From Spirochaetia bacterium (GTDB taxonomy: Bacteria > Spirochaetota > Spirochaetia > DSM-2461): a DNA stretch of 64,000 nucleotides. The stretch is taken from the NCBI GenBank assembly GCA_963668315.1, contig OY764216.1, positions 1,632,001 through 1,696,000 on the forward strand, in the 5' to 3' direction. Positions within the stretch are counted from its first letter, which is position 1. Each line of letters begins with the position of its first letter. The notes under the pieces were generated by a model. It saw only the letters and a program-made list of their open reading frames with translations. It was not told the DNA's origin and did not search any database. Below are positions 19,797 to 30,259 of the stretch, one piece after another. Both the position numbers and the translations under genes were made by a program.

Positions 19797-20176
19797 GCCG
19801 ATTCATTATAGCGGTGCACTCGTTTTATAGCTTCTGATAATTATGGCAGAAGACTCCAGGGAGAAACCCTGTTTCGAAAGGCTATATCTTAAGCGTCCGT
19901 GAATTAGCTTGTCCAGACACATCGAAAACAAAGGCTGAATCCAGCCAAATGGTTCCAGGAAAAAGTTCATCAACATGCCCTGGCTCCCATGAAAAATGAT
20001 ACTCCTATGGGGTAATATCTCTCTTCTTTCCATTATGTCTCTCTCGGAAAAAATTATTAAGCCGATCAATGCTGAATTTCCAAAGAAAGAATTAATCAGA
20101 CTGCTGAAGTAGAAAGGAAAGTCTGTTCGGCCCAGTCCACTTCAGCTGCCTGTTTGTCAAATATCCCGTAGAAAAC

Positions 20177-21394
20177 TTACTCGCTAATCCATTCGGCCGT
20201 GAGCGTCAGGCTGAAGTTAATGGAGGAAGAGCGGGTATAGGTGATTTTCGTTCTTCTCCCGTCAACTACGGTGCTATAAATCCATCCGGCGAATATGAGG
20301 CCTGAGTTTCTATCCGCTGCGGGATCGCGTTTGGTGAAGCACTCTCCGGGAAGGACCTCCTCGTAGGCTACGATGTAGGAGGAGCTGCTGCCGCCGAAGT
20401 CATTCTGGAATTTCACCAGGTAGGGGACCGACAGGGCTTCCGCCTCAATGGCTTCCGATGAACCGAAGGAGTTGAAGCTGCATACGCTGTAGGTGTGGGT
20501 TTCCCCCCGCACGGCGTCGGCGTCCGTATAGGACGTGACGTTGCTGCCGAGGGTGGCGATGGGAGCGCTCTCGTCGTCCCGGTAGATAAGGAAGCCCGTC
20601 TCGTCGTAGCTTTCGTCGCACCAACCGATGGTGATCTTCCCCTTGGTGGTGCTGCTCGTGCTGCTTGTACGGACGGCGGTGACCCCCGAGGGCTGTGCCG
20701 GTATGCCGTTGAAGTCATCCTCTGTCAGTTCAATGGTCTTGCTGCTCTGCAGATTCATCCGGATTCTCACCAGTTCCGTTACCGTCGTCAGTTGCTTCGA
20801 ACTTTCGTTATAGAGGCGAAATACCAGAAGATGGTTTCCAGCGGCGGCCCGGGAGTCAAGGTAGGATGCATAACCCTTTCCAGTCAGAAGACCGGATGAG
20901 ATATCCTCTCCTCCCAAGGTGGCCGATACGGTAGAGACATCCAACCCGTCCGGCCAGTTCAGGGTCACGGCGAGTGTCCCCGTGCCCCTCTGGACGGCTT
21001 CGAGGGAAAAGGTGAGGGACCCCGATTCGGTAAGGGCCACATCCCGGGTATCCTCCATTATCAGGTACCCCCCAGACACCTCATCGTAGGCCTCCAGTCT
21101 GAAGCTCCAGAAGCCGGTGGCCAGAGAGAGGGTCATCGAGGAAGCATCGGCTCTCCAGCTCCCCAGCGTTTCCTCGGCGCCTCCGTTACGGCTGCCCGAG
21201 AGAACGTACCGGGCCGCATCGGTCTGGGTATAGTTGACGGTCCGCGAATCGGGGGATGAGAGGTTAATGGCAACAGTCGCGGTTCCCCCCTTTTCCGACG
21301 GGTCCGGAGATCCCAGGCTTCCCATTTCGCAGGAGATCATAACTCCCGCCAGAAGCAGACACAATATTATCGCGTTTGTAAAAGTCTTTGTCAT
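20177..21394 (-). CDS. Lipoprotein with fibronectin type III-like domain
   Basis: Lipobox MISC; PAQPSGVTA...W.D.S..ETGFLIYR...TSYTD...YSVCSFN. Confidence 0.78.
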   Translation of the reverse strand: MTKTFTNAIILCLLLAGVMISCEMGSLGSPDPSEKGGTATVAINLSSPDSRTVNYTQTDAARYVLSGSRNGGAEETLGSWRADASSMTLSLATGFWSFRLEAYDEVSGGYLIMEDTRDVALTESGSLTFSLEAVQRGTGTLAVTLNWPDGLDVSTVSATLGGEDISSGLLTGKGYASYLDSRAAAGNHLLVFRLYNESSKQLTTVTELVRIRMNLQSSKTIELTEDDFNGIPAQPSGVTAVRTSSTSSTTKGKITIGWCDESYDETGFLIYRDDESAPIATLGSNVTSYTDADAVRGETHTYSVCSFNSFGSSEAIEAEALSVPYLVKFQNDFGGSSSSYIVAYEEVLPGECFTKRDPAADRNSGLIFAGWIYSTVVDGRRTKITYTRSSSINFSLTLTAEWISE

Positions 21395-21407
21395 TTCGGG
21401 TTATCCT

Positions 21408-22301
21408 CTAGTTCGTTACTGTAAATGTGATGCGTGACGAGTAAACCGTCCCGTTCCCGTCTGTCGCCACCAGAGTCAGCTCGTAAACCCCTACGGTGAG
21501 GGATGCGGTATCGATTGTGACGGAAGAGGAGCCGGCTCCTGGGATAAGCGTTCCGTTCAGGTACCAGGCGTAGGAGCTGTAGGTCAGTGAGCTGGAAACG
21601 GAGAAATCCCCTGAGGTGCCCACTTCTAGGGAGCCGGGGCCGGTTATGGCCAGGTCCCCGTCCCCTTCAGTCGCTGTTGTCACGGTGATTTCCTGTACCG
21701 TGATCCATTTGGCGTAGAGGATTTTGTCCGTCCCGGGCACCCTGTCGGAGGCAAAATCCCAGGCCTCGGTGAAGGAGGCGTCCTTGTACCAGCCGTCGAA
21801 GTTATAGCCGTCGCAGGTGGGATCGCCGGGTTTGGTTATTAGAGAGCCGTAGTACGCGGTGATGGGGTCCACGCGGCTGCCTCCGTTGGAATCGAAGCTG
21901 ATGGTGTACTGGTTGGCAGTCCAGCACGCATACAGAACGACGTCTGAATCGCCCAGGACAAAGGTTTCGTTCTCAAGGTAGGTATTTCCCGTACCTTCAG
22001 ACGCTGTATTCCAGCCGGAGAAGCTGTGGTAATCTTTAGCCAGATCTGTGTTGCCCAGAACCGTGACCGTGTCTCCCCGACCGTACTCGGCGCTGTCCGA
22101 GGGGACCGTTCCCGAATCGGCGCCGTTTCCGTCGTAAGTCACGGCATAAGTCGCAGATGCCGGGGCGGTTGGCGAAGTACCGATGCTACAGGCGGAAAAA
22201 AGCACCATAAGCAGTGATCCCGTCAGAAAGGAGAAGGACAATTTTTCTTTCATAAAGTGAAGACCTCCCAGGCCAAAAGATAGAAAAGTGTGTTTTTTCA
22301 T
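21408..22301 (-). CDS. Lipoprotein with InlB B-repeat (Listeria-Bacteroides repeat) domains
   Basis: Lipobox FSAC; YAVTYDGNGA...FSGWNT, YTISFDSNGGS...GYNFDGWY...LYAKW; the true start may be 22253. Confidence 0.82.
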   Translation of the reverse strand: MKKHTFLSFGLGGLHFMKEKLSFSFLTGSLLMVLFSACSIGTSPTAPASATYAVTYDGNGADSGTVPSDSAEYGRGDTVTVLGNTDLAKDYHSFSGWNTASEGTGNTYLENETFVLGDSDVVLYACWTANQYTISFDSNGGSRVDPITAYYGSLITKPGDPTCDGYNFDGWYKDASFTEAWDFASDRVPGTDKILYAKWITVQEITVTTATEGDGDLAITGPGSLEVGTSGDFSVSSSLTYSSYAWYLNGTLIPGAGSSSVTIDTASLTVGVYELTLVATDGNGTVYSSRITFTVTN

Positions 22302-22386
22302 TGGTAAAAAAATATCCGAAGGCCGGGAGAATATCGTCCTAAATGATAATTCAGGACTCTTTTTTTGAATAAAAATGAGAAAGGGT

Positions 22387-22437
22387 TAAAAAAAAGCACC
22401 CTCCGAAGAAGATGCTCTATATATTATTACCCGTAAG
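22387..22437 (-). repeat. Orphan copy of the tRNA-Leu trailer and terminator
   Basis: aaaaaaaagcaccctccgaagaagatgctctatatattattacccgtaag, identical to the copies near 27770, 31590 and 39195; no tRNA fragment attached. Confidence 0.9.
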
Positions 22438-22450
22438 ATTTTCAGAATGA

Positions 22451-22743
22451 TCAACGATTTTTCCAACCTTCTGGATTTCTTTTCGCATGAAAGACGGCTA
22501 AAACAAGAATTGTATAATCCTGAATCGTATAGATGATCTGATACGGGAATCGTCTAATCAGAATTTTTCTATAAAGTTTATGGACAATTGGGAACATAAG
22601 GGGATTTCGCTTAATCATCGAAAATCCGTTATCAAGACAATTCAGAAATTCCCGGTCCAGATAGAGCGCTTTGCTTCTATACCATCGAAGAGCCTCACGG
22701 ATCTCATTCGAGCTTCCGATGTTATGACCAATTCATATTTCAT
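22451..22743 (-). pseudogene. RelE/ParE-family toxin with one frameshift
   Basis: Hand translation MKYELVITSEAR|NEIREALRWY...IKRNPLMFP...RRFPYQIIY...VLAVFHAKRNPEGWKNR*. Confidence 0.82.
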
Positions 22744-22752
22744 TAAAAGGAC

Positions 22753-22970
22753 TTATTCCTTTTCAAGTTCAGATCTAAAAGAATCCCAGTATAGAGCTGT
22801 CTCGGGATTATGTTTATAATGTTCTACCCTTTGCTCCAAATCCTTAATTTGAACATCGGTCAGGTTTGAGGTTTCTCTGGAAGCAGCTATTGTATCCCAT
22901 ATATCTTCCACAAGAATTATTTTTCTTCAATAGTCATATTGGATAGAGCCTGTTCAATGACAGTATTCAT
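22753..22970 (-). pseudogene. Addiction-module antitoxin (TIGR02574-like) with one frameshift in an A-run
   Basis: MNTVIEQALSNMTIEEK|IILVEDIWDTI...DLEQRVEHYKHNPETALYWD. Confidence 0.8.
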
Positions 22971-23415
22971 ATTACATCTCCCTTGTATTATTATAACAGC
23001 AAAGGTTGATGTTGACCATATCCGTCGATTAATTCTTTATTCTTAGGTAGGGCTAGGCATAAATCCATTTATATTCACCTCCCTATGTCCAATAACAGTT
23101 GCTATTCAAGATATACCACGGATTTCAAGATCGCCGTGAAACAGGGAATCGCCGATTTTTCCCATGTAAAGGAAATCCTCTATTCCCGTACAGCAACGGC
23201 GGTTGCTCTTTCTTTGGCTGACAATGCCCGGTATTAAAGATGAGAATTATACGATAAAACCCATTATGGAGAGTCAGATAAGCGGCAGCTACATGGAACA
23301 GCTCTGTACTATTAATGATGAAAGCGGGGAGCGTGTGGGTTATGTGGTTATTGAACTTCTTCCCGGTATTTATGAGGAATAATCAGATATTCCATTAAAA
23401 ATAGGATAAAATCCA

Positions 23416-23763
23416 ATGGCTGGTATAAAACTACTTGCCTTTGCAACTCTCGCGAGTGATCTTGAGCGATACAGGGGATTCTACTCCTGTTCAAATGCTA
23501 TTCTTTTTCTTGATGCCTATGGTCATGATGCGGGAGATTCAGTTCTTATATCAATCGCCGGTGTCATTAACAATCATATGCGCAGTTCGGATGTTATAGC
23601 TCGTAGTGGAGGAGAGGAAATCAGAGTTCCCGCTTCACTCGGGATAACAACGGTCAATGATTTAGAAGAACCTCTGGATCTGTTGTTGAAGCGGGCCGAC
23701 GAAGTTCTATATAAGGTAAAAGAAGAGGGAAGAAACTGCTGTCGTTATTCCATTGGAAAGTAA
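23416..23763 (+). pseudogene. Internally deleted GGDEF remnant
   Basis: YGHDAGDSVL, ARSGGEEI joined directly to ASLGI, RADEVLYKVKEEGRN; the central part is missing. Confidence 0.75.
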
Positions 23764-23806
23764 TAAACGAAATAATTCTGGCGCAGCAACTAATAATGGC
23801 CAGTTC

Positions 23807-25231
23807 CTATGAAATAAGTTTATTCTTCTCCTCCTTAATCTCACTCGCTTTTTTCTTTAGGATGAAGCCCAGAGGGACCGCTATCATAACAATGACAGCC
23901 GATATCTTATAGATACTGTTTACAGCCTCTGTGAATGAGTGGGATATGTCCCTGCCGGCCTGGGCATAGCGGGATATCAGAATGGTAAGCATGGAAGCAA
24001 ATATACTCAGGGAAAGGGATGCCAGCGCCTGGCGTATCCAGTTATTCAGGGAAGAGGCATGACTGCTCTCTTCCCTGGGGAGAATCTCCATCCCCGCATT
24101 GGTCGCCGGAATGATGGAGAGGGAAATACCCAGACTCCTTATTGTCATCCAGAGAATGGAGTAACCCTCCGATGTTACCGGTGTTAGCTCTCCCATTTTC
24201 CAGGAGCCCAACGCTATTAATATCGCCCCGGACAGAATAAGTGTACGGGGTCCTGTACGGTTGTAAGCCAGTCCGACCAGGGGCATAACCAATGCGGTAA
24301 TAAGCGAGGCGGGCAGGAGAACCAGCCCGGCTTTAAGGGGAGACATCTGCTGGACATTCTGCAAAAACAGGGGGGTAAGCAGCGAACCGGCATAAAGGGA
24401 AATCGTTATAATGCTCGTAATAATGACGCTTATGGTAAAGCGGGTATATTTGAATATCCGGAGATTCAGAAGAGGATGGGGACATCTTAATTCCTGAATG
24501 GTAAAGAGGGCCAGCAGGATCAATCCAAAGACTATAAGCCCCAGCGTTCGGGGCGAGGCCCAGCCCCATTTCGAACTGCTGCTGAAGGCAATCAGCAAAG
24601 CCAGGCTGGCCAGTATTCCGGTTGTGAATCCTATAATGTCAAAACGTTTGCTCTCACCCACTGTGTAATAGGGCACGTGAAACTTAATGAGGACGGCTGT
24701 GACTATTCCCAAGGGGATATTGAAAAGAAAAACAAACCGCCAGCTGGAAAGACCGATAAGCCATCCACTGAGAGTAGGACCGACGGCGGGGGATAGCATG
24801 GCCGCCAGACTCCAGAGACTGATGGCCAGGGCATGTTTTTCACTGGCGATGTTTTCATAAATAATCGTCATCGTGACAGGTGCTATCAGTCCGCTGAAGA
24901 TCCCCTGGAGTATTCGGAACAGAATCAGTGTTTCGCTGTTCCAGGCCCCAGCGCATAAAAGGGAAGAGAGGGTAAAGCCGAGCAGCGCATGGAAGCAGAC
25001 TCGCTGATTACTGAATTTCCGACCGAGAAATCCGGTTACCGGAGCGACTACTCCGGCGGCCAGCATGAATCCTGTAAGCGTCCAGTTTATGGTTCTCAGG
25101 TTCGAATTGAACTGCTCCATTAAGGCGGGCAAAGCGATATTCATAGTACTGGTACCGATGAATGCAAGGAAAGAGGACAGGAAGATTGCCAGCATCATCG
25201 GACCGGATTTATTTGTATTCTGTTTTGTCAT
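23807..25231 (-). CDS. DHA2 (EmrB/QacA-like) MFS efflux pump
   Basis: 14-TM pattern; MNIALP, GPTLSGWL, WRFVFLFNIPLG; gggagg RBS before MTKQN. Confidence 0.88.
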   Translation of the reverse strand: MTKQNTNKSGPMMLAIFLSSFLAFIGTSTMNIALPALMEQFNSNLRTINWTLTGFMLAAGVVAPVTGFLGRKFSNQRVCFHALLGFTLSSLLCAGAWNSETLILFRILQGIFSGLIAPVTMTIIYENIASEKHALAISLWSLAAMLSPAVGPTLSGWLIGLSSWRFVFLFNIPLGIVTAVLIKFHVPYYTVGESKRFDIIGFTTGILASLALLIAFSSSSKWGWASPRTLGLIVFGLILLALFTIQELRCPHPLLNLRIFKYTRFTISVIITSIITISLYAGSLLTPLFLQNVQQMSPLKAGLVLLPASLITALVMPLVGLAYNRTGPRTLILSGAILIALGSWKMGELTPVTSEGYSILWMTIRSLGISLSIIPATNAGMEILPREESSHASSLNNWIRQALASLSLSIFASMLTILISRYAQAGRDISHSFTEAVNSIYKISAVIVMIAVPLGFILKKKASEIKEEKNKLIS

Positions 25232-25379
25232 AATTAAGACCTCCCTCATCGAGTTTTTTATAGAGTTTACTTCCCGTTGTTTCAACCATTAAAATCCAAC
25301 ATAATGAAAGATATTAAACATATTAATAATATCTGACGGATTACTTTCATAAAGTAAAAAATTGACTTAGAATAAAAGT

Positions 25380-25943
25380 ATGAAATCAGACGGCAGAGTT
25401 CGGTATACTAAAATGATGATTCGTCATTCTCTCCTGAAACTTCTGGAAAGCAAAACCATAAACAAAGTGACGGTGACTGATATATGCACCCTGTCTGAGA
25501 TTAACCGGGCTACCTTTTATTATCATTACCGCGATGCCTTCGATTTGTTGAATCAGATACAAGAAGAGATGTACGAAGAGATCAGGCAAGCGTCCCTTAG
25601 CCGGGATAAGGAAGACCGCTACAGTACGGGATACGCCGTTTTATCCATTGTCAGCAGGCATGCCGATCTTTTCCGCATCCTTCTTTCTGAGAAGGGTGAC
25701 AAAAGCTTTCTGGAGAAAATAGGAGAGCTGAACAGGGAACAGTGTCTGTCTGAATGGCAGCAGTTGTACCCCCGGGCGAGTAAGCAGGAACTCAAAGCCG
25801 TCTTCGCTTATATTTCCCATGGCAGCCTGGCGATAATAGAGTCCTGGCTTAAGGACGGAATGAAAACCGGCGTCCGCGAACTTGCCGAATTCCTCCATGA
25901 AATGAACGATAGAAGCCTTTCTCTTCTTGCTGATCATCCGTAA
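25380..25943 (+). CDS. TetR-family regulator
   Basis: DGRVRYTK...VTVTDICTLSEINRATFYYHY; divergent from the efflux pump. Confidence 0.9.
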   Translation: MKSDGRVRYTKMMIRHSLLKLLESKTINKVTVTDICTLSEINRATFYYHYRDAFDLLNQIQEEMYEEIRQASLSRDKEDRYSTGYAVLSIVSRHADLFRILLSEKGDKSFLEKIGELNREQCLSEWQQLYPRASKQELKAVFAYISHGSLAIIESWLKDGMKTGVRELAEFLHEMNDRSLSLLADHP

Positions 25944-25988
25944 GAAACAGTTCCGGCCTGTTCTTGCCGCAGACCGGGACTGTTATAT

Positions 25989-26978
25989 TTAATCGACGGG
26001 CATTAACTTTCTGTTCTGTCGGATAAGCAGGAAAAGGTAAGCGAAATGGATGGCGGAAACCACAAGGACCGGCACATAGGCGACAGTGGTTCCCCTCGCA
26101 AAGGCATAGACTATATCGTAAATATGCAGGATCACCGGAATGGCGAATAATATAAGTCCGTCCTGCTTCAGATCCATGGGCTTCATTTTTTTTCTGAATG
26201 CGATAAGCAGAGCTATGGCAAAGGCAAAGTTGAGGCAGAGTATCAGAAGCTCGCTGGTAAGAGTTGACTGGGAGGGATCGATCTTTCCGAACAGCAGAAA
26301 GCGTCCCAGAGGATTCCCGAAGCTGAACGCCTGAATGATTCCGGCTATAAAGGGATATAAATTCCCGATCCAGGACAAAGAGGAGGGAAGCTTTCTGTAG
26401 AGCCAGTCCCCGACCATAGCGTAAACCGTGTAATAAAACATCAGATACATCCAGCCGCTGTAATTATAGAAGGGGATACCGAAAAATCCTCCCTCATATC
26501 CCGGATCGGTCCAGTTCCACTGTCCCGACATAATGCCGTTTCCCAGGGCGCCGGGGTGGGTCAGGTTTATCGAATCGGCGACCGTCTGGGGAAGGGCGAC
26601 CCTATCGAAAACGGCGGCCGGGTCAATCGTCATATCCTGTACCGAGCCGAACAGGCCTACGACAAAGGGAATGGCCCAGACGGGGAGATTCAGTTTCTTC
26701 GCCAGATTGAAAGCGGCATACCATATGGATGCTTCAAGAAGCAGGATTTCCAGGGGAACGCCACCAACCATAATGATTCTTCTGAAATCATAATAATAAG
26801 TGTGAACCACATTGGTACCAACATTTTCAAATATGGCCGCTCCCAGCATAAAGCCGAAAAGTTCGAGAATCCTCAGGAAGGAATTCTCCTGTTTTACCGC
26901 ATGGCTTACTACAATAAAAAATACTATAAACGAAAAGAGTTCCACCAGGAACCAACTGACGGGTGTTCCAAATATCAT
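25989..26978 (-). CDS. Integral membrane protein, carotenoid-biosynthesis/DUF422-like
   Basis: FEN, GGVPL, DMTIDP, W.W, FFGIPFYNYSGW motifs. Confidence 0.6.
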   Translation of the reverse strand: MIFGTPVSWFLVELFSFIVFFIVVSHAVKQENSFLRILELFGFMLGAAIFENVGTNVVHTYYYDFRRIIMVGGVPLEILLLEASIWYAAFNLAKKLNLPVWAIPFVVGLFGSVQDMTIDPAAVFDRVALPQTVADSINLTHPGALGNGIMSGQWNWTDPGYEGGFFGIPFYNYSGWMYLMFYYTVYAMVGDWLYRKLPSSLSWIGNLYPFIAGIIQAFSFGNPLGRFLLFGKIDPSQSTLTSELLILCLNFAFAIALLIAFRKKMKPMDLKQDGLILFAIPVILHIYDIVYAFARGTTVAYVPVLVVSAIHFAYLFLLIRQNRKLMPVD

Positions 26979-27157
26979 TTGATACCTCCAGGTATTTTGT
27001 TATGGTACAAATATAATTTATCCGAACCAGTATTCACACAACATCGCCAGGCCGGGTGTCGATTCTGCAATCTACAATTGCATTGTAAGTGTAGATTTCT
27101 TATTATATATAGGGAGGTGGACTTATCGAAACGGCAAAAAGAATAGAACAGGCTTTT

Positions 27158-27694
27158 ATGGATCTCCTCGTTGAGAAAGAGAACTTCGAGTCTCTGTCCA
27201 TCGTAGAAATATGCACGAAAGCGAATATACACAGGACTACTTTTTATCTTCACTTCCAAGATAAATTTGAACTGTTGGATAAATGCCTACTGGATATTCT
27301 GGATGTTCCGGAATCGGAAGTCATTCTCTATACAGATTTATTATTGGAAGAGAAAATCTTTAATCTTATGAAATATGTCGCTTTGAATTGCAGCAGACAC
27401 AGCGATTTCCTGCTTCTGATTTTACAGAACGGCAGGTATCCCTATTTTTATACCCGGTTTCTCAAAGAGCTGGAGGGACAGATAGGAAAACAGATAGAAC
27501 GTATAAACAGGACTATGCTCAAGTCGGGCGGGAAAATGAATAAATACTGTAATGTCTTTCTCAGTTCGGCTTTGTTCGGTTCTATTCTCTTCTGGGCGGA
27601 GAATGGGGAACAGGAAGATATTGATAGTTATTGCAGGACCATCACAAAGTATATCATTGCGACCCTATATGCAGAAAGAGAATCTGCCCTGTAA
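27158..27694 (+). CDS. TetR-family regulator, probably frameshifted at its 5' end
   Basis: HTH SIVEICTKANIHRTTFYLHF; in-frame upstream IETAKRIEQAF has no start codon, while GTG-GAC-TTA (MDL) at 27117 is out of frame. Confidence 0.75.
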   Translation: MDLLVEKENFESLSIVEICTKANIHRTTFYLHFQDKFELLDKCLLDILDVPESEVILYTDLLLEEKIFNLMKYVALNCSRHSDFLLLILQNGRYPYFYTRFLKELEGQIGKQIERINRTMLKSGGKMNKYCNVFLSSALFGSILFWAENGEQEDIDSYCRTITKYIIATLYAERESAL

Positions 27695-27718
27695 ACGTTC
27701 TTTCTCCGTGAGGTCTTG

Positions 27719-28007
27719 AAATAAAAGGGTCAATAAAGGCATCAATCCCGAAAATGGGACTAAATAAAAAAAAGCACCCTCCGAAGAAGATGCTCTATAT
27801 ATTATTACCCGTAAGGGTTAACGTTGCGGTAGAGAAGACTTGAACTTCCACGGTCTTGCGACCACTAGCCCCTCAATTCAGGGTACAGACTTATGTTGTT
27901 CATCTAAGGTCATAGGGAGCTGTATTTCATGTCTTATGTGGTTCTTTATCAATATAAGGCTTCTGAGCTTATATAATAAAGGCGTCGATACTGGTGTCTG
28001 TTAGTAA
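27719..28007 (-). repeat. att junction A: arm, terminator, tRNA-Leu 3' half (27825-27876), arm
   Basis: 52-bp exact tRNA 3' copy ending at the anticodon loop; 12-bp tandem repeats at 27723-27746 and 27978-28001. Confidence 0.92.
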
Positions 28008-28289
28008 TCATATGATTAATCTCGATTTTAGGTGGTTTACATCAACATTACTACCGAAGTAGTGCATGAAAGCGTAAAAAGTCATAGCACGCGGAACTAT
28101 AGATTTTCTTCAGGTCGGCGACAACTGCCTCGGTATGTCCTACTCCTTCACCTTTCCCATGAAATCCACCGAATCCCACTTCTTCTCAAAATTCCGCATT
28201 CCCTTCATCGCGTCCCACCGTTAAACAATCGATTTCAGTCTGACTGGTATGATAGCTTATAATGGATTTCGTAGATAGGGAGGGGCCGC

Positions 28290-30254
28290 TTAATCCTCTG
28301 CTGCCAGAATATCGCGCAGCAGCCGGCTCAGTTCGCCGTACATGAAGGGTTTCTGGATAAATCCGGCCAGACCGGCTTCTTTCATTTTTCTGATATTCTC
28401 ATCTTTCGTGAACCCGGAGGATATGATCACTTTGCATGCCCCGTCGATCTCCTTCATTTTGAAGAACGCATCGGAGCCGTTCATCTCGGGCATCAGCATA
28501 TCCATGATAACGAGATCTATTAGGGCATGTCTCTCCTTGAATAGTTCCACCACCTCCCTGCCGTTTGACGCCAGGGTAACGGAGAATCCCATTCCCTTGA
28601 GTATTTCCTTGCCAGTCCGGCGGATCAGTTCTTCATCGTCCGCCAGAAGAATATGCCCTTTTCCGGAAAAGGAGATGTCCTTCGGGGAGGAAGAAACCGG
28701 TGAATCCTCCGAACAGGGCAAGTAGAGGTGGAAAACGGTTCCCTCTCCCTCTTCGCTGTAGACATTTATGGCGCCCCTGTGGTTCTCTATCGTCGCGTAA
28801 ACCGTGGACAGGCCTAGACCCGTCCCCTTGCCCTGTTTTTTGGTCGTATAGAAGGGTTCGAATATTTTCCCTATCCTTTCGGGGGGAATTCCCGTTCCCG
28901 TGTCCCTGACTTCGATCTCAATAAAGTTTCCCGGGGAGATCTCAAAGGGGACAGACCGGCAGTAATAATCGTCAAGGAAGATATTCTTTGTCGAAATCCG
29001 CAGTTCCCCGCCGTCCGGCATGGCATGGGACGCGTTGATTCCCAGGTTGAGGAGGGCATTCTGCAGGGAAGCCCCGTCCCCCAGAACGGTAGACTGCTCC
29101 GCTTTTTCCGACAGATGAATCTCAATCCTTTTATCTATCGTCCTGTTGAGCAGGGTCATCATATCCCGGATAATGTCATGAACCGGGACAGGTCTCGTCG
29201 ATATTTCCGTTTTCCGCCCGAAGGTGAGCAGTTTGTTCGTCAGATTGGCCGCCTGGGTAGAGGCGTCGAGAATCATATCGACGAATTCCAATCCCGTCCT
29301 GTCCAGGTTCCTCTCGGGACTCTGCAGCAGCTGGGCCGCCCCGATAATTCCTCCGAGCATATTGTTGAAGTCGTGGGCCACCCCTCCCGCAAGCTGTCCT
29401 ATGGCATCCATTTTCTGGGACTGTCTCAGAAGATCATCCATTTTTCTGCGTTCCGTGATATCGATGAAGGATATGATAACCTGAATGATCTCCCCCCTTT
29501 CATCGAATTCCGGTTCCGCGTTGACCAGAACCCAAACCGGTTCACGGCTTTCCTCCTTTATGATTCCGACAATATAGTTTCGGATGGCCTTTTTCTGCTC
29601 CAGCACAAGGGATATGGGATATTCGGTAACGGGCATCAGAGTACCGTCGTCCCTGATGAAATGCCAGCTCTTGTCATCGGGATGCTTTCCCTTGATGGAA
29701 CTGTGGAGAAAACCGAGCAGCTGATCGGCCAGGGGATTGGTATCGATAATGTTTCCACGGCCGTCATGGAGAATTATGGCTGTCTGGACCTTGTTTATGA
29801 GGGATTTGTATTTCTCCTCGCTTTTCCTCAGGGTCCTGAGGGTCCCCGTGTGGGCATGGATCTGTTCCTGCAGGCTCAGGTTGCTCTTCTCCAGATCTTC
29901 GTTCGCCCGGCTCAGTTCGGCAGTCCTCTGGTCAACCAGCTGCTGCAGATTGTTTTCCTGTTCCGATTTTTCAAGGAGAATGGCAAGGATTTGTATGGCG
30001 TTATGGATCAGATTTTCCGTTTCCCGGTCCAAGGTTCTCTCCGAAATAAGGGAGAGGTATCCGTAGGTTTTTTTACGGGTGCATACTTCCATTTCCAGGC
30101 CCCCGTTCCTCCTTTTCTCCGAGAGCCAGCTGAAGGAGGCGGGCTGGAAAATGTTGTTCATGCTTTCGATAAAGAGCCGGATTATCCCGTCCTTGCTGTT
30201 CAGCTGGGAGATCGTCGTTGTCAGAAGGAACAGTTCCTGGGCGTAGTTCGGCAT
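28290..30254 (-). CDS. PAS-containing hybrid histidine kinase/receiver
   Basis: H-box GQLAGGVAHDFNNML, NLGINA, DTGTGI, GTGLGL; receiver ILLADDE...DMLMPEMNG...KP. Confidence 0.93.
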   Translation of the reverse strand: MPNYAQELFLLTTTISQLNSKDGIIRLFIESMNNIFQPASFSWLSEKRRNGGLEMEVCTRKKTYGYLSLISERTLDRETENLIHNAIQILAILLEKSEQENNLQQLVDQRTAELSRANEDLEKSNLSLQEQIHAHTGTLRTLRKSEEKYKSLINKVQTAIILHDGRGNIIDTNPLADQLLGFLHSSIKGKHPDDKSWHFIRDDGTLMPVTEYPISLVLEQKKAIRNYIVGIIKEESREPVWVLVNAEPEFDERGEIIQVIISFIDITERRKMDDLLRQSQKMDAIGQLAGGVAHDFNNMLGGIIGAAQLLQSPERNLDRTGLEFVDMILDASTQAANLTNKLLTFGRKTEISTRPVPVHDIIRDMMTLLNRTIDKRIEIHLSEKAEQSTVLGDGASLQNALLNLGINASHAMPDGGELRISTKNIFLDDYYCRSVPFEISPGNFIEIEVRDTGTGIPPERIGKIFEPFYTTKKQGKGTGLGLSTVYATIENHRGAINVYSEEGEGTVFHLYLPCSEDSPVSSSPKDISFSGKGHILLADDEELIRRTGKEILKGMGFSVTLASNGREVVELFKERHALIDLVIMDMLMPEMNGSDAFFKMKEIDGACKVIISSGFTKDENIRKMKEAGLAGFIQKPFMYGELSRLLRDILAAED

Positions 30255-30259
30255 TGCAG

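Larger units (their letters stand above)
22438..27876 (-). mobile_element. Integrated cassette 3 (distal end eroded)
   Basis: Bounded by att junction A and the orphan trailer copy; cargo is TA pseudogenes, MFS, two TetR genes and a membrane protein; no integrase. Confidence 0.6.

Noticed and set aside
19806..20069. 87-aa ORF, and other short ORFs at 22580, 28032, 31091 and 37810
   Set aside because: No motifs or RBS; 22580 and 31091 are antisense to the TA and umuC remnants
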